Source: Hyperthermus butylicus DSM 5456
Lineage (GTDB): Archaea > Thermoproteota > Thermoprotei_A > Sulfolobales > Pyrodictiaceae
NCBI RefSeq assembly: GCF_000015145.1
Contig: NC_008818.1
Coordinates: 1,380,001 to 1,412,000 of the forward strand
DNA: 32,000 nt
Direction: 5' to 3'
The notes beneath the pieces were generated by a model. That model was given only the letters and a program-made list of their open reading frames with translations. It was not told where the DNA came from and searched no databases. Below are positions 27,044 through 32,000 of the stretch, piece after piece. The position numbers and the translations under genes are program-made. The stretch's first letter is position 1. Every line of letters begins with the position of its first letter.

Positions 27044-29467
27044 CTAACGGTGTAGGAACCACAAGCTAGTCCACTCAATGGCAACTGTGAAGTCCATATC
27101 GTTAATAGTGTTATATGCTGTCCAGCCATTAGTTTCAAGCTCACTTACGTAGGGATCGTTGAAACCCAGCACAACATAGAATGTCTCGTTCCTATCTGGC
27201 ACTGCCAGGTAGACGGCATCGGTTAGGAAGTTGGTGTTAGGAGGCCATGTATCCTCAACGTCGTCGAGCTCCTGGTAGATGTACTCTCTACTCGAGAATA
27301 CATAGCCAGTACTATTTATCAGGTAGACTCCGAACAAGCCCTTACGGGGATCGTCAACATCCCCCGTGTCTGAGCCCGAATTATCGTGGAAGTAGTAGCG
27401 AAGCTGCATCGACACTTGCGCCACCTCGCTGCCGTTGACCTCATATCCTATAAATACGACGTATATCGTGGCTGTAGTATAGTCAATACAGCCTCTAGCA
27501 TTAAAGTCCGATAAAATTGTGCCATCCGGCAACCTATACATACTTCTATATATACTTGTTGCATAGCCCACTATATCGTCGTAAGTGTAGTCCCATCCGA
27601 TTCCAGTCTCCTCAGTCATAAACACTAACTCCGTTAACCCGTTCGTATCAACATCCACGAAGGCTATGTATGGGTCAAGACCACCAGTTTCATCTACCTG
27701 AAACTCATAAAGTAACACCTTCACGTCTTTTGCATACAAGGTGCCAATAACATAATTGTTACCTTTGGGACCGGATACGGCACCGTAAAGGCCACTATAA
27801 CCTTCCACGTAGTAGAAGCCAGCGTAGTAGTAAAAGCCGAACGCTTTAGTATCGTTCAGCCAGCCACTTGTGCGGTAATCATAGAGTTCAAGGAAGTGCG
27901 CCTTCTGGGCAGCCAGTTTCACGCGGAATGGATATGGAGTCAAGCCGCTGATATCGTTGCTTTCGTCGTCTATAATTGGACTGGCTACAACTACTAGATC
28001 TCCTGCTGTGCCATAACCTGTTGAATCTATGATCACACCGGTACGGTTAACGTAATCAGAGCCTAGTGTCACGTTTAAGTCATAAACCTTCATCACGTAT
28101 GTAACCCGCCACTGACTCGTAGCGGATCCTTCGACTTTTAAGCGGGCAAGCCAGCAGCCACTCCCACGAAATACGACGCCGTTCCATGATGTTTTATTCT
28201 CTGGAGGACACCATATCGAGATAGGCCATCCTTCCTGATCTATGCCGCGAACAAACAGCCCTACACCATTGAGATCTAGAATTGCTCGCTCAATAGTAAA
28301 GCTTAGTTCTTCGTTCTCAGCGCCAATGTTGTAGTAGCTCGTTTCAACCGGTGCTTTTGCCAGTAGTGATGTGAGGGAACCAGTGGAACCTAGTGGGCAC
28401 ACATTCTTCATGTAGACATTGTTATCTCCGCCCACGTAGAGGCCGGTGAAGCATAGCTCCCAGCTTCCATCTGGCTTCTTGGCAACAATTGTGCCAAGGT
28501 GTACACCATCATCGGTGAAGCTTGGCCTCCATGGAATCCAGGTATATCCGGCATAGAGTAGCGAGATGCTATACTTTGACTCGGTATAGCTGCCGCCCAT
28601 ACCGCCAAGCACAAAACTGCCTGCAAACGGCATCATAGAGTCTATATAGACAAGGTCATAGACCTTCTCCCCGCTATACTTGTAGGCACCAAGCGCCCAG
28701 TACCCGATATCATCGTTTGTTTCAATGGTATGGTATCCCTTATCGGTTGCGCAGAGTGCCCTTGTAATACCGCTATCTGCTATTGTATCCTGGCTCTTTT
28801 TTGGCTCTGCAAGGTTTGTAGTGACTGCTATATCGGGGTTTTGCAATAGATCATCCAGACTTGTGTAATTAACGAATATTAGGTAGTATGCTTGTACAGC
28901 TCCAGCAACCTCTGCGTATGTCGTCTGGCTTTCGGCGAGTTTTAGTACTGGTATGTAGCTGCCTTCAACCAAGAATATCCCTAGCAGCTCGCCGTTAGTG
29001 ATGATTACCTTCACATACTCGCCAGGTTTGATTGCTATACCACCGTAGTTAAGTATCCAGGAGCTAGGTGATGGTGACACCTTAAACCTAGTGGAGCCAC
29101 TAATACCGCAGCCTAGGGTGCAGTTACCTGCCTTCACTAAATGGATATAGCCATTGTCGTCACGTACTATTAGTAGGTACACAATGTGAAGTCGTGAATC
29201 TTTGTTCGTTAATGTGTATGTTTTAGTTCCACCGCTAACCGTCACAGAGATGTCCAGCTTAGGTATGGCAGTCCTGGCCTTCTCAAATAGCGTAGATACG
29301 AGTCTGCTATGTGTAACATTGCTGCTAGCATGAAGGTATATGATGAACGGTATTAGCACAGATATCAGGAACGTAATTATGATTATTGCTGCAATGGTAC
29401 CCGATATACCCCTAGTAGGCCTTGTAAGTTTCGGCAATGCCAGCCACCGAGATACCCTTAGCTGCAC
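27044..29467 (-). CDS. Large surface protein with pilin-like N-terminal helix
   Basis: 807-aa ORF; TRGISGTIAAIIIITFLISVLIPFIIYLHASS N-terminal helix; long Tyr/Thr/Asn/Gly-rich ectodomain with many N-glycosylation sequons. Confidence 0.75.
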   Translation of the reverse strand: MQLRVSRWLALPKLTRPTRGISGTIAAIIIITFLISVLIPFIIYLHASSNVTHSRLVSTLFEKARTAIPKLDISVTVSGGTKTYTLTNKDSRLHIVYLLIVRDDNGYIHLVKAGNCTLGCGISGSTRFKVSPSPSSWILNYGGIAIKPGEYVKVIITNGELLGIFLVEGSYIPVLKLAESQTTYAEVAGAVQAYYLIFVNYTSLDDLLQNPDIAVTTNLAEPKKSQDTIADSGITRALCATDKGYHTIETNDDIGYWALGAYKYSGEKVYDLVYIDSMMPFAGSFVLGGMGGSYTESKYSISLLYAGYTWIPWRPSFTDDGVHLGTIVAKKPDGSWELCFTGLYVGGDNNVYMKNVCPLGSTGSLTSLLAKAPVETSYYNIGAENEELSFTIERAILDLNGVGLFVRGIDQEGWPISIWCPPENKTSWNGVVFRGSGCWLARLKVEGSATSQWRVTYVMKVYDLNVTLGSDYVNRTGVIIDSTGYGTAGDLVVVASPIIDDESNDISGLTPYPFRVKLAAQKAHFLELYDYRTSGWLNDTKAFGFYYYAGFYYVEGYSGLYGAVSGPKGNNYVIGTLYAKDVKVLLYEFQVDETGGLDPYIAFVDVDTNGLTELVFMTEETGIGWDYTYDDIVGYATSIYRSMYRLPDGTILSDFNARGCIDYTTATIYVVFIGYEVNGSEVAQVSMQLRYYFHDNSGSDTGDVDDPRKGLFGVYLINSTGYVFSSREYIYQELDDVEDTWPPNTNFLTDAVYLAVPDRNETFYVVLGFNDPYVSELETNGWTAYNTINDMDFTVAIEWTSLWFLHR

Positions 29468-29786
29468 CTAAATCCTAATTCTAAGAGAGAGGTTAGTATT
29501 TGAGTACTAGTATAAAACCTTTCCTCGAAGAGGCAGGCAAAAATCGAACAGCAAGGAAATGAACGAGAGCAACTTGGTAAACCCACAGCTAAGCACTCTC
29601 CACCCAGGTATTAACACCCCCGAACAGGGTAAACCGAACCACAACCACAGACTAGAAGTGGAGCCCGCAGGGCCCGCCCCACCCTCCCCGCGCACAACCC
29701 AACACACCGAGCCGCCGGGGCCCCGGGGTCCGTTGGGCCGGCCCAGGGGGTGGGGTTGGGCTCTGTGGGCTCTCCATTCTCTCTTG

Positions 29787-30484
29787 CTAGTAGCTTGCCT
29801 GTGTTGTTGCTAGTTCTTCGAGGTGGGTTAGTGCTGGTAGTTCCTGGATGAAGCCTTTGAGCCTTGAGACGGGGACTATGAGACGCCCTCGGCTAGCTTG
29901 GGCACGTTTTCGCGCAGCGTTATGATGACTGGTATGAGTCGCCATGTGCCTCTTGGTAATCTCAGCTTCCACCAGAGCTTGGCGAGCCTCTCTAGTCTCT
30001 CGCGGTGCTGTCGTGCGGCTTCCCGGAGCCTCGATGGTGTTGCTGTTCGCGGGTTCCAGTGTTTGCAGTCCACTACGATGCCTAGCTTTGCTGGGGGGTC
30101 GAGCCCTAGCACGTCTACTTCTAGGCCTCCCTTTCCTGGCACCCTGAGGCTGCGGTAAACCGTGTAGCCCGCCTCCTCGAGCGCCTTGGCTGTATAGTCT
30201 TCGAACATTTTCCAGTCGAGGCTCCTAGCTACGATGGTCTCGGAGGCCCCGTTCTTCACGGCGGCTATTGCCAGCTCGACAGGGTCGTGAAGACACACTA
30301 CGCCCTCTTCGATGGTTATGGCGCTTGTCGCCTTGGCAAGTGTTTGGAGGGCGTTTTCCACCACTATGGGTCGTAGGAAGGCCTTCTCGGCTATCTCTGT
30401 GACCGGCTTGCAGCCCTGTGGCGATAGCTCGGAGAGGATTATCGTGGCTAGCGCTGAGACTGTTAGTTTGTGCCGGCACGGCAC
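29787..30484 (-). CDS. Restriction-endonuclease-like (Mrr/Hjc-type PD-(D/E)xK) protein, C-terminus displaced by a frameshift
   Basis: DWKMFEDYTAKALEEAGYTVYRSLRVPGKGGLEVDVLGLDPPAKLGIVVDCKHWN carries an E...EVDVLG...DCKHW nuclease signature. The frame ends LAEGVS* at 29876; restoring one C near 29883 gives LAEGVLIVPVSRLKGFIQELPALTHLEELATTQASY* ending at 29787. Confidence 0.8.
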
Positions 30485-30501
30485 CCCCTTAGCCCCCGAG
30501 C

Positions 30502-31587
30502 TTGGGGCTAGGATTTATCCGGGCTGCCTGGGCTGTGAGGGTTGAACTCGTCTGGTTCGACTCGCTGGGCGCCAAGGGTGCCTCCGTGCTCGTGGAGGCC
30601 TGTGGGCACCGGGTCGTCATAGACCCGGGCGTTGCCGTTATGCATCCCTCCTTCCCGGCGAGCCGTGAGGCCAAGGAGGAGTGGTACCGTGAGGGCCTCG
30701 GCCGCGTCATGGAGGCGCTGAAGAGGGCTGACATAGTTGTAGTGACACATTACCATCATGACCACTACCTCTACCGGCCCGAGCACATAAGCCTCTACCT
30801 GGGCAAGACGCTTTACGCGAAGAACCCAAACATCTACGTTAACGAGTCCCAGCACGAGAGAGCCCTAGAATTCTACTCTATGCTCTACCGCTTAGCCGGC
30901 ATCGGAGACCACCTAGAGGAGCCAGCACTAGATCCAAACGATATTCCCGACCCTCTGGACTCTCTCCTCGAGGCTCGTTCGCGCAGCTTCCCAGGCTACG
31001 ATAAGCGTAGGAGGGAACTCCTAGAGAGGGGACGCGGGTGGTTCAAGCGCCTCGTTGGGAGATGGGCTAGCTGGAGGTGGATACGTAGCCTAGAGGCGAA
31101 TGGGCTCCATGTAGTGTGGGCTGACGGAGAGGTCTTCGAGCATGGCTGCTTAAGGCTCCGCTTCACAGGCCCCCTATTCCACGGTGTGGAGTACACTAGG
31201 GTAGGCTGGGTTATCGGCGTCATAGTGGAGGCTGGGAGGCGTAGGCTCTTCTACAGCTCCGACGTCAACGGCCCCGTCATAGAAGACTATGCCTCCATGA
31301 TAATAGAGGCGGCACCGGACACGCTGATCCTCGATGGGCCTCCAACATACCTCCTTGGCTACATGCTCAACCGGGTAAACCTCAGCAGAGCTATCGAGAA
31401 CGCCGTGAGAATAGTCTCCGAGACGACCAGGCTTGAAACCGTGGTCTACGACCACCACCTGGCAAGGGAGCCCCGGTTCCGAGAAAGAGCAGCACCCGTA
31501 TGGGAAGTCGCGAAACGCAGGGGTGTCAAGCTGGCAACAGCTGCAGAACACATGGGACTCGTTCCAGCCGTACTACGTAGAGCCTAG
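30502..31587 (+). CDS. Metallo-beta-lactamase-fold hydrolase (UPF0282-like)
   Basis: VVVTHYHHDHYLYRP metal-binding motif, LFYSSDVNGPV, DTLILDGPPTYLLGY, TVVYDHHLAREP; start could be internal near 30538. Confidence 0.88.
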   Translation: MGLGFIRAAWAVRVELVWFDSLGAKGASVLVEACGHRVVIDPGVAVMHPSFPASREAKEEWYREGLGRVMEALKRADIVVVTHYHHDHYLYRPEHISLYLGKTLYAKNPNIYVNESQHERALEFYSMLYRLAGIGDHLEEPALDPNDIPDPLDSLLEARSRSFPGYDKRRRELLERGRGWFKRLVGRWASWRWIRSLEANGLHVVWADGEVFEHGCLRLRFTGPLFHGVEYTRVGWVIGVIVEAGRRRLFYSSDVNGPVIEDYASMIIEAAPDTLILDGPPTYLLGYMLNRVNLSRAIENAVRIVSETTRLETVVYDHHLAREPRFRERAAPVWEVAKRRGVKLATAAEHMGLVPAVLRRA

Positions 31588-32000
31588 CCGCCACCCCCAC
31601 CAACCCCATCTCTTCCGGGATAGAGTTCCCCTAGAGCACCAAGCATGTCCTTCCCATAGTGGACATGTGTTGAGCTGGTCGCTGTGTACTCCTGGAGAGT
31701 GCTTATTGGTCAACATGCTGGTGGCGTTTTGCTGGTTGTTGTTTGTAGGTTGGCTCTAGAGCACGCCGTCCCAGGAATAATGTGGCAGATGCGTGAGGCT
31801 TCCCGCGCTATAGCGTCGTGGGCCATCTTCTTGGTGGCAGTATTTTTGGCTCTGCCCTCCCGCGTAAGGTTTGCATGGAGTCTGAGCGCTTGCTGCCCGG
31901 GGGCTGTGGGGCTGGCCAGTTGTGGCGAAGATTCTCGCGGTTGCACGCTATGTACTTGTTGAGGGGCTGCGTGGTGGTGACCGTGGACAACCATGTCCAC

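Noticed and set aside
31710-32000. ORFs at the right edge on both strands (31684..31962 +, 31808..31990 -, 31710..32000 -)
   Set aside because: Mutually overlapping with no clear motif. The minus-frame piece PLNKYIACNRENLRHNWP is somewhat protein-like but is too short to call.
1-32000. CRISPR array or other regularly spaced repeats
   Set aside because: No repeated 24-37 nt unit with regular spacing was seen by eye, and no cas-like protein in the ORF track; a computational scan would be needed for certainty.
1-32000. Intact transposase, integrase or phage module
   Set aside because: None of the ORFs has a recognisable DDE, serine or tyrosine recombinase, terminase or capsid motif.

Overview
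The window looks like an archaeal hyperthermophile, probably crenarchaeal and Pyrodictiales-like. This is inferred from AGG/AUA/CUA-rich coding, GTG/TTG starts, and the mix of aIF1A, RIO1, a KH (Pno1/Krr1-like) protein and 7S RNA; taxonomy was not verified. Main contents: (1) a partial M55-type D-aminopeptidase, a thioredoxin-fold protein, hemB and a possible CbiX/SirB-like protein; (2) a very GC-rich segment holding a well-supported SRP (7S) RNA; (3) a respiratory or extracellular-electron-transfer-like cluster at 5.0-13.2 kb, made of an octaheme HAO-like cytochrome c with a C-terminal coiled-coil stalk and TM anchor, a secreted HExxH protease, a tetraheme cytochrome, a Tat-signal 4x[4Fe-4S] protein interrupted by a +1 frameshift, an NrfD/PsrC-like protein and a monoheme cytochrome; (4) a radical-SAM plus methyltransferase fusion, a fucose-isomerase-like protein and a cyclic 2,3-DPG-synthetase-like protein; (5) aIF1A separated from RIO1-KH by about 5.7 kb of accessory DNA (secreted protein, MFS transporter, HEPN-MNT pair with a frameshifted HEPN, decayed PIN-like ORF); (6) a decayed ferritin-like gene, two membrane/pilin-like surface proteins, a frameshifted Mrr/Hjc-like nuclease and an MBL-fold hydrolase. 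The most interesting item is the membrane-anchored octaheme/tetraheme/NrfCD-like/monoheme cluster. The recurrence of one-base frame interruptions in otherwise well-formed genes also deserves checking. No CRISPR array or tRNA was recognised by eye.
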